DNA from: an uncultured delta proteobacterium
Lineage (GTDB): Bacteria; Desulfobacterota; Binatia; Binatales; Binataceae
Reading direction: 5' to 3'
NCBI GenBank assembly: GCA_963842085.1
Contig: CAWJET010000001.1
Coordinates: 2,080,001-2,144,000, forward strand
Length of the DNA: 64,000 nucleotides
The notes below the pieces were generated by a model that had not been told where the DNA came from, made no database searches, and worked only from the letters and a program-made list of their open reading frames with translations. Shown here piece after piece: positions 53,798-64,000 of this stretch (position 1 is the first letter of the stretch; each line of letters opens with the position of its first letter). A program made the position numbers and the translations under genes.

Positions 53798-53977
53798 CTA
53801 CCTTTTCGGGCTGCCCTTTACGACACTCTTTGCCTTGTCGATCACGCGCTCCACGCCTTCCTTGATCTTGCCGCTGGCCTGATCGAGCTTCCCTTCCCGC
53901 TTTAGACGTTGATCATCCGTCAAGGCACCAACTGCTTCTTTCACTCGGCCTTTGATCTTGTCGCTTGTTCCGCTCAT
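53798..53977 (-). CDS. CsbD family general stress protein
   Basis: DKIKGRVKEAVGALTDDQRLKREGKLDQASGKIK. Confidence 0.9.
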   Translation of the reverse strand: MSGTSDKIKGRVKEAVGALTDDQRLKREGKLDQASGKIKEGVERVIDKAKSVVKGSPKR

Positions 53978-54084
53978 AACACTGTACTCCTCTTGGTTAA
54001 GGCCACTGCTGGCCAAGGTTAAGGTACACCAAATACATCTGCGCTGCTCGTTCGGTCACTATAAAGTCCGGGGCACGCATTGGG

Positions 54085-55131
54085 TTAGTCCCGGAGGCGC
54101 AGATCGTCTTCGACCCCGCGAACGCCCGGAATCGAGCGCGCTACTTCTGCGGCCTCCAGGTTCCGCGCGCCGGTTGGGACGGTTCCAGTCAGCCGCGCGA
54201 CGCCGTTCCTCACCTCCAGGCCGACGTCTCTGAATTCATGCTCGTCGAGAGCCTGTCTGACCCTGCGCTGTAACTCGTCGTCGCTCGCGTTCACAGCTTG
54301 CTGCCGCGCGCTCGGCACCACCTGCAGTTCGTTCACCACGCGCTTTACTCCGCTCACCCTGAGGGCATCGGCCTCTGCGGCGGACTTCGCGTCCTGTGAG
54401 GGCACAATCCCGAACAGCGTCACTACCCCGTTCCACGGGTCGAGATCGATTTCGAGCCCCGGAACATTGGTATCGGCAATCAAGCCCATCCTCACGGCCG
54501 ACGTGACCCATATGTCATTGGCGGTGTCCCAAGCTCCGTACCCCGCCCTGGGCTGCGGCGGCGCGGGTGCGCGCCAGATCTCCTCATCGGCCAGAGTGTC
54601 AGGACTCTGGATCTCACTGGCGACCCGGCGGACACCGGGCACAGCCGCCGCGACCTCGACCGCACGCAGGTGAGCGCTCAAGGTCTTTGCCGTACCGCCT
54701 AGTAGTACGACACCCTGGTTCACGGACCGCACATCGATATTGCTGGACTTGAGTGAAGGGTCGGCTTCCAATGCCTGTTCAACCTGCTGTTTGAGGTCGT
54801 CGTCAGACACTCGCATCGCCTTCTCATGCTCTGGGGCGACCACCTGCAGCAGGTTGTCCACCCCTTGAACACCGTCGACTTTCCGAGCGATGCCCTCCGC
54901 CTTCGCCTTCTCCTCGGCGGAGTGCACCTTGCCAAACAGGGTGACCCGGCCGACGACGGTGTCGACCTTAATGGCCGTTCCGCTCACGCCCTCCGTGGTC
55001 AACAGGGCCAGCTTGATTTTGGTCGTGATCCAGGCGTCCGGGATCGCCGCCCCGACCGACGTGGACAGCGCGGCGCCCAGCAGCACAGCCAGGACACTGT
55101 ACCTAATCCACATCCGCGATGGTCGGAGCAT
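54085..55131 (-). CDS. BON domain protein (four BON domains, OsmY-like)
   Basis: Signal peptide; four units of DAWITTKIK..GxVTLxG..VxGVxxVxNxL type. Confidence 0.9.
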   Translation of the reverse strand: MLRPSRMWIRYSVLAVLLGAALSTSVGAAIPDAWITTKIKLALLTTEGVSGTAIKVDTVVGRVTLFGKVHSAEEKAKAEGIARKVDGVQGVDNLLQVVAPEHEKAMRVSDDDLKQQVEQALEADPSLKSSNIDVRSVNQGVVLLGGTAKTLSAHLRAVEVAAAVPGVRRVASEIQSPDTLADEEIWRAPAPPQPRAGYGAWDTANDIWVTSAVRMGLIADTNVPGLEIDLDPWNGVVTLFGIVPSQDAKSAAEADALRVSGVKRVVNELQVVPSARQQAVNASDDELQRRVRQALDEHEFRDVGLEVRNGVARLTGTVPTGARNLEAAEVARSIPGVRGVEDDLRLRD

Positions 55132-55158
55132 GAAACCTTCTCCTTGATCGAAGAACAC

Positions 55159-55317
55159 TCACCGCATCATCCCGCCACCCATCACCAGCCAGACCACCAG
55201 GACGATGAGCACGATGGTCATTACGCTCATTCCGCCTCCGCCATAGTAACCGCTGCGGTACCCGTAAAAGCCTCCGCCACCGAACAGCAGGATCAGCAGG
55301 ATAATCAAAAGAAGTAT
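55159..55317 (-). CDS. 52-aa two-TM Gly-rich protein (DUF3309-like); start codon ATA or TTG
   Basis: (M)LLLIILLILLFGGGGFYGYRSGYYGGGGMSVMTIVLIVLVVWLVMGGGMMR; GAGAGGT RBS. Confidence 0.65.
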   Translation of the reverse strand: MLLLIILLILLFGGGGFYGYRSGYYGGGGMSVMTIVLIVLVVWLVMGGGMMR

Positions 55318-55385
55318 AGGACACCTCTCATACCTTTCATTTCATCAATAGGCAGTCGTATTATGTTGGACTATGAAAAATCAGC

Positions 55386-56252
55386 TCAGGCCGTGGCCAT
55401 AGAATTATTTGCGCGACGATGCACTGGACTTGCAAACCGCTCACGTCCTAGCGGCTTTACGGACGCCGCCTCTGCGAGCGAATGTGGACTACAGCGTTGG
55501 CTGTCGTGCGAAAAGTATTGTTGTGCGCTAGCCTTCGCGTAGAAATCATTCGTCTTAGGCGCCGGGCTGCCTATTGAACTCTCGATCTTATCCGTGCGCA
55601 CGATAATCCGCCGGCCTTGACGAATAACGAGATGCTCACGCTCGAGATCGGCTATATGCTCAGTGACTCGCGGCCGTGTCGCACCCACCAGGCCCGCCAG
55701 GTCATTCTGGCTGAGGGGGACTCGCAAAAGGGTGCCGCGCGACTCTGTGACTCCGAAGTTCGAACACAACTGAAGAAGTGCAAACAAGAGGCGCTCGCGA
55801 ACGTGTAGGCTTTGTCCGAAAAACTGATACCATGGTATCAGATTGTTTTCTTGAAATTTTCTTAAATCAGATCTGAGAGCCTCCCTGGTGATGACGTCGA
55901 ATTGGTCCCAGCTCACACCGCCGAACCTGCAATCGCAATGAGCCTCGCAGCGGAAATGCCACCGGCTGACTGGGAGAGAACCAAACTGGGGGATCGGACC
56001 CGGCGCCAGCAAGGCAATGGTTACACGCTGGCCAACCGGGTTCAGGCAAGTGATCTTCGCCACGCCCCTTAGCAGGACATGGAGACCTGCCGCGAGCTCC
56101 TCTTCAGGAATGATGACCTCGCGCCTTCTGAAGTTTCCCGAATTGAGGGCGGTCGCAAGCTCGTGCAATGCGGCGGGTGAGAGAAACGACAAGGGTTTCA
56201 TCCGATTCAACAAATCAAAGTCGGTCCAAGTCGCGTTCTTCTGTCTGTCCAC
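55386..56252 (-). CDS. Crp/Fnr family transcriptional regulator
   Basis: cNMP-like barrel then VRERLLFALLQL..LSQNDLAGLVGATRPRVTEHI HTH. Confidence 0.85.
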   Translation of the reverse strand: MDRQKNATWTDFDLLNRMKPLSFLSPAALHELATALNSGNFRRREVIIPEEELAAGLHVLLRGVAKITCLNPVGQRVTIALLAPGPIPQFGSLPVSRWHFRCEAHCDCRFGGVSWDQFDVITREALRSDLRKFQENNLIPWYQFFGQSLHVRERLLFALLQLCSNFGVTESRGTLLRVPLSQNDLAGLVGATRPRVTEHIADLEREHLVIRQGRRIIVRTDKIESSIGSPAPKTNDFYAKASAQQYFSHDSQRCSPHSLAEAASVKPLGRERFASPVHRRANNSMATA

Positions 56253-56915
56253 TTTTCTTTCCTTTTTTTTCAGGGCCGACTAAGACGTCTGTCGAAAGGG
56301 CAGCAAGGGCCGTACCAATCGTCCGGGGCTGCAAGATGATGACTTTTCGGGAAGTTCCGGGCGTCCAGATCGCAGATCGTATTACTTAAACGGCTCCGTG
56401 CGCCAACGAGAATGTATCCAACGGAACCATCACTACGTTCTTTTGGAGACACACGGCTCGCACTATTCGGCGGTTCGCCGACCAGTTTGGCGAAGCTGCG
56501 CGTGAAGTCCGCGACCGAGGCGGCCGCCTGCATTGGACAAGTTCGCACGGCGCGCTCACATCAAGCGGGACGAGAATCTTCGATTCCAACGACTGTGCCG
56601 CCAAGTCTTGAAGAGTGTTCTCCGGGACGTCGAAAGCGATCTAACATTTCCGGAAAAAAATCCCTCCCGTTGGAAGACGAACAACTTGGCTTCGTTTTTG
56701 CTTCGCCATGGGGTTCTCTGGAGAACACAATGTCAGTGTCGTTGGTGACCTTTTCGTTTCCCAAAGAGCCCTGTTTCAAGTAAATAATGCCACAGGGAAG
56801 CAAATCTTGAAGATCCTACGGCATCGAGGCAGGCTTCTCGCTGGCCGAATGGATCAACCAAGCGATCCTAACGAACATGGGGATCGCCTAGCTTGTACGC
56901 CCGAGTCGGCTACGC

Positions 56916-58719
56916 GTGAATCAAACTACTGCCAAAGCTTCTTCTCTGGTCGAGCTCCTTCTCTCGCGGGCGCTCCAGCAGCCCGAGCAACGGATCTACG
57001 GCTACTTGGGTGACGGAGAGATTGAAGCAGCGAACTTGACCTTCGCGGCCTTGGACTGCCAGGCACGGGCTATTGGTTCATTGCTCCAGAGCTACAGGGC
57101 ACGCGGAGAGCGTGCTTTGTTGCTCTATCCAGCGGGTCTCGAGTTCATTCCTGCCTTTTTTGGTTGCTTATATGCGGGGGTCATTGCCGTCCCTATGCCA
57201 CCGCCGAATGTGGCCCAGCCGCAGCGGACTCTGCCGAGGCTTCGCACCATCGCAAACGATGCTCAGCCGACACTGGCGTTGACCACATCGTCGATCCTCT
57301 CCAGGGTTGAAGGCCTTTTCGTGCAAGCCCCAGAACTACAGACAATGCACTGGCTAGCTACCGACAAGGTTGTCAGCGGTGCGGCGCAAGCCTGGCGAAA
57401 CCCTGGGGCGACTAGCGACACTTTGGCCTTGATCCAATATACTTCGGGCTCCACCGCTGTACCCAGGGGCGTAATGGTCAGTCATCGGAACCTTCTCGAG
57501 AACTCGGCTCACATCAGCCAAGCTTTCGGGATTACATCGGACACTGTCTCCGTAACATGGCTGCCGGTTTTCCATGACATGGGACTCACCAACGGAATCA
57601 TCCAACCTCTGTATGGAGGACGTAGGTGCGTTCTCATGCCCCCGCAGTCCTTTCTTCAGCGGCCGCTGCGGTGGCTTCAGGCTGTTTCGCGCTACAAAGC
57701 CACTGTCAGCGGAGGCCCGAATTTCGCGTACGAAATGTGCGCTCGCAAGATTACCGCGGAACAGCGCGACGGTCTGGACCTCAGCAATTGGAAGGTGGCG
57801 TACAACGGTGCCGAGCCAGTGCGTGCGGACACCCTGAAACGGTTTGCTGCGATCTTTGCATCCTGCGGATTCCGCCCAAACTTTTTCTATCCCTGTTATG
57901 GGCTCGCCGAAGCCACGCTGATCGTATCGGGTGGACTGGTGGAAGATGAGCCCGTCCTGTGCACGACCAAGGTGGCGGCGCTCGAGCACAACGGCATCGC
58001 TGAGGTTTCGGACTCTGCGCAGAACGTACGGACGCTGGTTGGATGTGGGCGTGCGATGCCCGGTACAAAAATTGTTATCGCGCATCCTGAATCGATGACC
58101 GCGTGCGCGCACGATGAGATTGGCGAAATTTGGGTATCGAGTCAGAGCGTCACCCAGGGGTACTGGAAGCGGCCAGAGGAAACCCAGCGCCTTCAATGCC
58201 TACCTGGCGGATACTGGCGAGGGGCCATTTCTTCGCACTGGAGACCTTGGATTCTTGAGAGACGGCGAGCTATTCGTCACCGGCCGGCTGAAGGATCTGA
58301 TCATCATCGGCGGCCGCAACCTTTACCCCCACGACATCGAATTGACGGTCGAACAAAGCCATGCGGCAGTGCGGTCAGGAGGCTGCGTGGCCTTTTCAGT
58401 CGATGTCGCCGACGAGGAACGTCTGATCGTCGCCGCCGAAGTGGAGCGCCACTACCAACCGGAGCGGCGCCAGCTTAAGGACGAATCGCGCGACAATTCA
58501 CACGCGAGCAACCAGAACGGGCGGTCTCCGGCGGATCTCGAGCCGGTGAGTCGGGCCATTCGCCGCGCGGTGGCGGAAGAGCATGACGTGCGAGTGCATG
58601 CCGTCGTGCTCCTCAAGGCTGGAAGAATCCCGAGAACTCCCAGCGGCAAGGTTCAGCGCCGTGTGTGCGAGGCCAGGTTTCGCGACGGGACGCTGAAACA
58701 GTACGCGAAGAGTGAGTGA
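56916..58719 (+). CDS. Fatty acyl-AMP ligase (FAAL), apparent frameshift ~58190
   Basis: QYTSGST, WLPVFHDMGL, PCYGLAEATL, then shifted frame FLRTGDLG, TGRLKDLII, IPRTPSGKVQR. Confidence 0.88.
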
Positions 58720-61700
58720 TGGCCGGAAATCAAACTAACGGCGCGATCCGGCATGACGCCGAGCGAAATGGACATCCCGCGAATCGGAATCCTGATCCCG
58801 GCGCGGAAACGATCCAGGCCTGGCTGGTATCCAAACTTTCCGAGTTGCTGGAAATCGAAGCGGACGAGATAGACGTCGGGGAACCATTCGCCAGCTACGG
58901 ACTGGGCTCGACCGAGCTGGTCAGTCTCTCCGGCGAACTTGCGGATTGGCTCGGACGAGATCTTCCGGCCGAGTTGGCATATGAGTTCCCGACCATCGCA
59001 GCTCTCGCCCGCGGATTGGCGGACTCATCAAGCCCGTCGCAGCCGGCCACCGAAGCGAGCCTGGTTCGGGAAGGGAATGGCGAAGCGATCGCCATAATCG
59101 GGATCGGCTGCCGCTTTCCTGGCGCACAGGACGCGCGAGCTTTCTGGAATCTGCTTCGCAACGGCGTGGATGCGATCCGGGAAGTTCCGGCGCAACGCTT
59201 CAACCTGCACGATTTTTACGATCCCGATCCCGTAGCGCTGGGCAAAATGGTCACGCGCTGGGGAGGTTTCCTCGAGGATGTGGACCAGTTCGATGCGCAT
59301 TTCTTTGGTATCTCGCCGCGAGAAGCTGCACGCATGGACCCGCAGCAACGCCTGTTGCTGGAGGTGGCTTGGGAGGCACTGGAAGACGCCGGACAGGTGC
59401 GGGAGCGGCTTGCGGGCACATCCACCGGCGTGTTCATCGGCATCTCGAACAACGATTACGGACGGATTCAATTTAGTGATCTGGATCGTATTGACGCCTA
59501 CGCGGGCACGGGCAATGCCCTGAGTATCTCGGCCAACCGTATCTCCTACGTATTTGATTTCCGGGGACCGAGTATTGCAATCGACACTGCCTGTTCATCG
59601 TCACTCGTCGCGGTCCACCAGGCCTGCAACAGCCTGAGAAGCGGAGAGTCCACTCTGGCATTGGCCGGAGGCGTGAACCTGATCCTGTCGCCTGCCATTA
59701 CGATCAATTTCACCAAAGCCGGAGCAATGGCGCCCGACGGGCGCTGCAAAGCCTTCGACGCGCGCGCCAACGGCTACGTTCGCAGCGAGGGCGCCGCGGT
59801 CGTCGTTCTAAAGCCGCTGTCGAGAGCCTTGGCCGACCGCGATCCGATTTATGCCGTTATTCGCGGCAGTGCTGTGAATCAGGACGGACGCAGCAATGGC
59901 CTGATGGCGCCGAATCCTCAAGCCCAGGAAGCCGTCCTGCGAGAAGCCTATCTCCGCGCCGCAGTCTCGCCCGGCGAAGTTCAATACGTCGAGGCCCATG
60001 GCACCGGCACTCTCCTGGGTGATCCTATCGAGGCTAAAGCCTTGGGCGCGGTGCTTGCTCTCGACCGTCCTCCCGAGCGGCCGTGCCTGCTGGGCTCGGT
60101 CAAAACCAACCTTGGTCACCTCGAGGCCGCGGCGGGTATCGCCGGATTAATCAAGGTCGCGCTGACGCTGCAGCACCGTGAGATCCCACCGAGCCTGCAT
60201 TTCGAGGAGCCCAACCCTCATATTCCGTTCGATCAACTACCGCTGCGCGTGAACACGAAGCTGTGCCCATGGCCTGCACAGCCGGGTGCAGCCCTGCTGG
60301 CCGGCGTGAGTTCATTCGGTTTTGGTGGAACCAACGCCCATGTGGTCGTGCAAGGGGCTCCTCAATCCGATTCGGGAATGCATGCTGCGCAAGGCGAGAA
60401 CGGAAATCGCGAAGCCACGTCCACATACCTGCTGCCTTTGTCGGCACGCAGCGCACCGGCTCTGCAGTCTCTCGCGCGAAGCTACCACGACTTCCTGATT
60501 GATCCGGAGTTAAGGTCGTCGCCCCACGACATTTGTTACGCGCGGGCGCACGGCGAAGTCATCACGAGTACCGGCTTGCCGCGACCGGCAACTCAGCCGC
60601 GGAACTCGCGGAGGGGCTTGAGACTTTTCTTCGTGGAGAGACTCGTCCCGGGCTGTCTGCCGGCCGCAAGCTTTCCGATCGACAAAGAAAACTGGTCTTC
60701 GTATTTCCTGGACAGGGTCCGCAGTGGTTTGGGATGGGGCGAACACTCTTGCAGCAGGAAGCGGTCTTTCGCGAAGTAATCGAACGCTGTGACCGAGCGA
60801 TGCGCCCCCATGGAGGCTGGTCCTTGCTCGCGGAACTCTCCGCCACCGATGCGGCCCGCTCGCGGCTGAACGAAGTTGACGTTCTACAGCCGGCCCTGTT
60901 TGCGATCCAGGTTGCACTTACGGCCCTGTGGCGTTCATGGGGTATCGAGCCGCACGCGGTAGTGGGTCATAGCATGGGCGAGGTCGCGGCCGCTCACGTT
61001 GCGGGAGCGCTAAGCCTCGAAGATGCGGCGCGGGTGATATGCAACCGCAGTCGCCTTGTGAAACCGACGATTGGGCGCGGAGCAATGGCGGCAGTGGAAC
61101 TTTCCATCGCTGACGCCCGGCGCGCCATTGCCGGCTGCGAAGATCGCGTATCGATCGCCGTCAGCAACGGTCCCACGTCGACGGTTTTGTCAGGAGATAC
61201 CGCCGCGCTTGAAACAATCGTCAATCAACTGCAGCGTCAAGACATCTTCGGCCGAATGATCAAGGTTGATTTTGCCGCTCACAGTCCGCAGATGGAGCCT
61301 CTTCGCGCTGAGTTGGAGCGCGCGTTGGAAGGACTACAGCCCCGACCCGCGTCGGTGCCAATCTACTCGACTGTAACGGGCCAGGTCGCCGACGGCTCGA
61401 GCTTCGACCCGCTCTATTGGAGCAGTAACCTCAGAGAGCCCGTCCTCTTTTCAACTGCGGTTCAGCAATTGCTGAAAGATGGACATGACATCTTTCTTGA
61501 GGTCAGTCCGCATCCCATTCTACTCAGTAGTATTCAGCAGGAATTTAGTCATGCCGGGATAGAAGGCGCGGTAATCCCGTCGCTAAGGCGTGAGGAAGAG
61601 GAAGGCAAAGTATTGGCCGGGTCGCTGGGGACGCTTTACACCCTGGGATATCCGATCGAGTGGAGCCGCATATATCCCGAGGGAGGCCGATCCGTTCGGC

Positions 61701-64000
61701 TTCCGTCCTACCCATGGCAACGGGAGCGGTGCTGGATGGACACGCCGGCCGGCGACATCGGCAATCGATCCCAGTGCGTCTCGAGCGACGCAGTGGGCAA
61801 GCATTCTCTTCTCGGCCGGCATTTCAAATCGGCGCAAACGGAAACCCACTTCTGGGAGGGCGTTCTGGACAGGAGCGCGCAGTCCTTTCTGGATGACCAT
61901 CGCGTCGAAGGACTCACGGTGATCCCCGCCGCGCTCTACGTCGAGATGGCTTTGGCGGCCGCGGCTGCGGCGTTCCCGTCGCAGTCCTTTGTGCTGAAAG
62001 ATATGGAATTCAGGAAAGCGCTCTTCCTGCCCGACGGCGCAACCCGCACGACTCAGGTGATCCTCTCTCCCGGTGCGGACACAACCGCATCAGTTCATAT
62101 CTACAGTTGCCCGCGCGATGGAGAGCAACCCAATCGAACGTGGACACTGCATGCGACAGCAAAGATTTGTCCTGAGCCAGCCCCAGGCATTTCCCCGGTT
62201 GTCGAACAGGAAACACTCGCTCAACTCCAGGCTCGATGCTCAGAGCAGATCTCCGGACAAGACTACTATTTGAGGCTTCGCGAAAGTGGTGTCGATTACG
62301 GCCCCTCCTTCCAGAGCATCACTCGGTTGTGCCGATGCGATCGTGAAATGCTGGGTGAAGTGAGAGTTCCCGATGGAGCGCATCGAGAGTTCGACGCCTG
62401 TCAATTCCATCCTGCCCTTCTGGACGCTTGCTTTCAGACCCTTGGAGCGGGTGTCGCCGCTGATGCGACGGGAAACAATGAACAGGGCACCTACATGCCC
62501 ACTCATATAGATGAGATTCGGGTCCACGGTGGTCAGGGTTTGCATCTGTGGAGTCACGCCCATTTGCAAGAACCCGATTTCGATAGCGTCAAGGGAGACG
62601 TACGGCTCCTGGACGAAGCTGGCCACGTGGCGGTCGAAATTGTCGGCCTGCGCTTCGATAGCATCGGTCGCGATACGAAGCGCGCCGGCGATGAGAACTT
62701 GGAAGATTGGCTCTACGAATTCCAGTGGAAGCTGAGAGAGCGTCCGGGTGAACGGCCGGGAGCGGAAAAATCTGCGCCAGCTACTCGGTCCAACTGGCTT
62801 ATCTTTGCGGACAGCAGCAGCGTCGGAGAGAAGCTGGGAGCACTAATCAAGGCACAAGGAGACGGCAGCATCCTGGTCGCTCGCGGCGAATCGTACGAGC
62901 GCGCGGATGGCGAGCATTTTCGCATCAATCCGGAACGGTTGGAGGACATGCGCCGGCTTCTCGAGGCGGTGTTGGCGCAGGATCGGGCAATTTGCCGCGG
63001 GGTTGTGCATCTTTGGAGTCTTGACGCAGCTCCTCCAGAGGAGACCACCGTCACTTCGCTGAAGGCTGCCCAGACTCTCGGCTGTAGCAGTGTCTTACAG
63101 TTAGTCCAGGAGCTGGCCAGGGTCGAACGGCATCACTTACCTCGCCTATGGTTGATCACGCGTGGCGCTCAGCCAGCGGGGGAAGAGACCTTGCCCCTGG
63201 ACACGGCCCAGTCGCCGCTTTGGGGATTGGGTCGCGTTATCGCTCAAGAGCACCCTGTTTTTTGGGGAGGACTGATAGACCTGGAACCCAGGCATTCAGT
63301 TGCCGAGGACGCCCCTCATCAGTTGTGGAAAGAAGTCTCTGCCGCAGACGGAGAAGATCAGATTGCGTTCCGACAAGGTCGGAGATACGCAGCTCGCCTG
63401 GTGCGCAAACCTCGATCTAACGCGCAGCTCGCTCCCCTTATCTGGCGCGCTGACGGCTCCTACTTGATCACAGGCGGACTGGGAGACCTGGGCCTTTCGG
63501 TTGCCCGCTGGATGGTGGAGCACGGCGCTCGGCGGTTGATTCTTATGGGACGCACCAAGCTTCCGCCGCGCGCGCGATGGAACTCAGCAGAAGCGGGGAG
63601 CCGGCTGGCCTGTCAAATTGCCGCGATTCGCCAGCTGGAAGCCCTGGGAGCGTGCGTACATCTGGCATCGGTGGATGCGGCAGATGAAGGACAGTTACGC
63701 GCCTATCTGGATCAGTATCGAGCTGAGGGTTGGCCGCCGATCCGGGGCGTCGTGCATGCGGCGGGAGTTCTGCAGGACGGACTGCTGATGCAGCTCGACA
63801 GGGACGCATTGGATTCGGTCTTGCGCCCCAAGGTGATGGGTGGCTGGCTGCTGCATCGCCTGCTTGAAGACGCGCCCCTGGACTTCTTTGTACTGTTCTC
63901 TTCGGCGGGTTCCCTCCTGGGCCAGCCTGGCCAGGGAAACTACGTGGCAGCCAACGCCTTCCTGGACGCACTGGCGCATCATCGAAAAGCCCTGGGCAAG
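58716..64000 (+). CDS. Modular type I polyketide synthase (ACP-KS-AT-DH-KR...), apparent frameshift ~60540, runs off window
   Basis: ACP YGLGS; KS DTACSSS, HGTGT, KTNLGH; AT FPGQG, GHSMG, FAAHS; DH HRVEGLTVIP, HPALLD; KR ITGGLGDLG, HAAGVLQD, GQGNYVAAN. Confidence 0.92.

Noticed and set aside
56713-56726. GTTCTC-TG-GAGAAC inverted repeat upstream of FAAL
   Set aside because: Single short instance; cannot be distinguished from chance without comparative data

Overview
GC-rich bacterial chromosome segment; the gene style is reminiscent of Candidatus Binatia/Binatota-like soil bacteria, which is inference only. Left part (1-44.7 kb) looks like core genome. It holds an eight-gene eukaryotic-type phospho-threonine signalling cluster (vWA, Zn-ribbon-FHA, kinase-FHA, Zn-ribbon-pseudokinase-PP2C, receptor kinase, TM-Zn-ribbon, multi-TM-FHA, lipoprotein), a gnd-zwf-fbp-glk-fbaB sugar-phosphate operon, csp, selB and a selD that is itself a selenoprotein (in-frame UGA plus SECIS). 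It continues with AsmA, an M20 peptidase, CinA/PncC, TetR-mdtABC, an amidase/phosphotransferase operon and a large S53 protease with a Thr-rich stalk. At 46874-46969 (minus) there is a tRNA-Sec gene that appears to be an integration hotspot on both sides. On its 3' side a 2.1-kb mini-island bounded by a 117-bp direct repeat carries a single membrane-anchored HEPN gene. On its 5' side lie an IHF box and a decayed tyrosine integrase, followed by a visibly lower-GC region with envelope-stress genes (DUF3185, DUF2950, CsbD, 4xBON, DUF3309, Crp/Fnr, a secreted Q/N-rich protein) and the start of an FAAL-type I PKS cluster that runs off the window. Four apparent single-base deletions interrupt the S53, FAAL and PKS genes and may be assembly errors. 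All family calls come from motif recognition by eye, with no database search.
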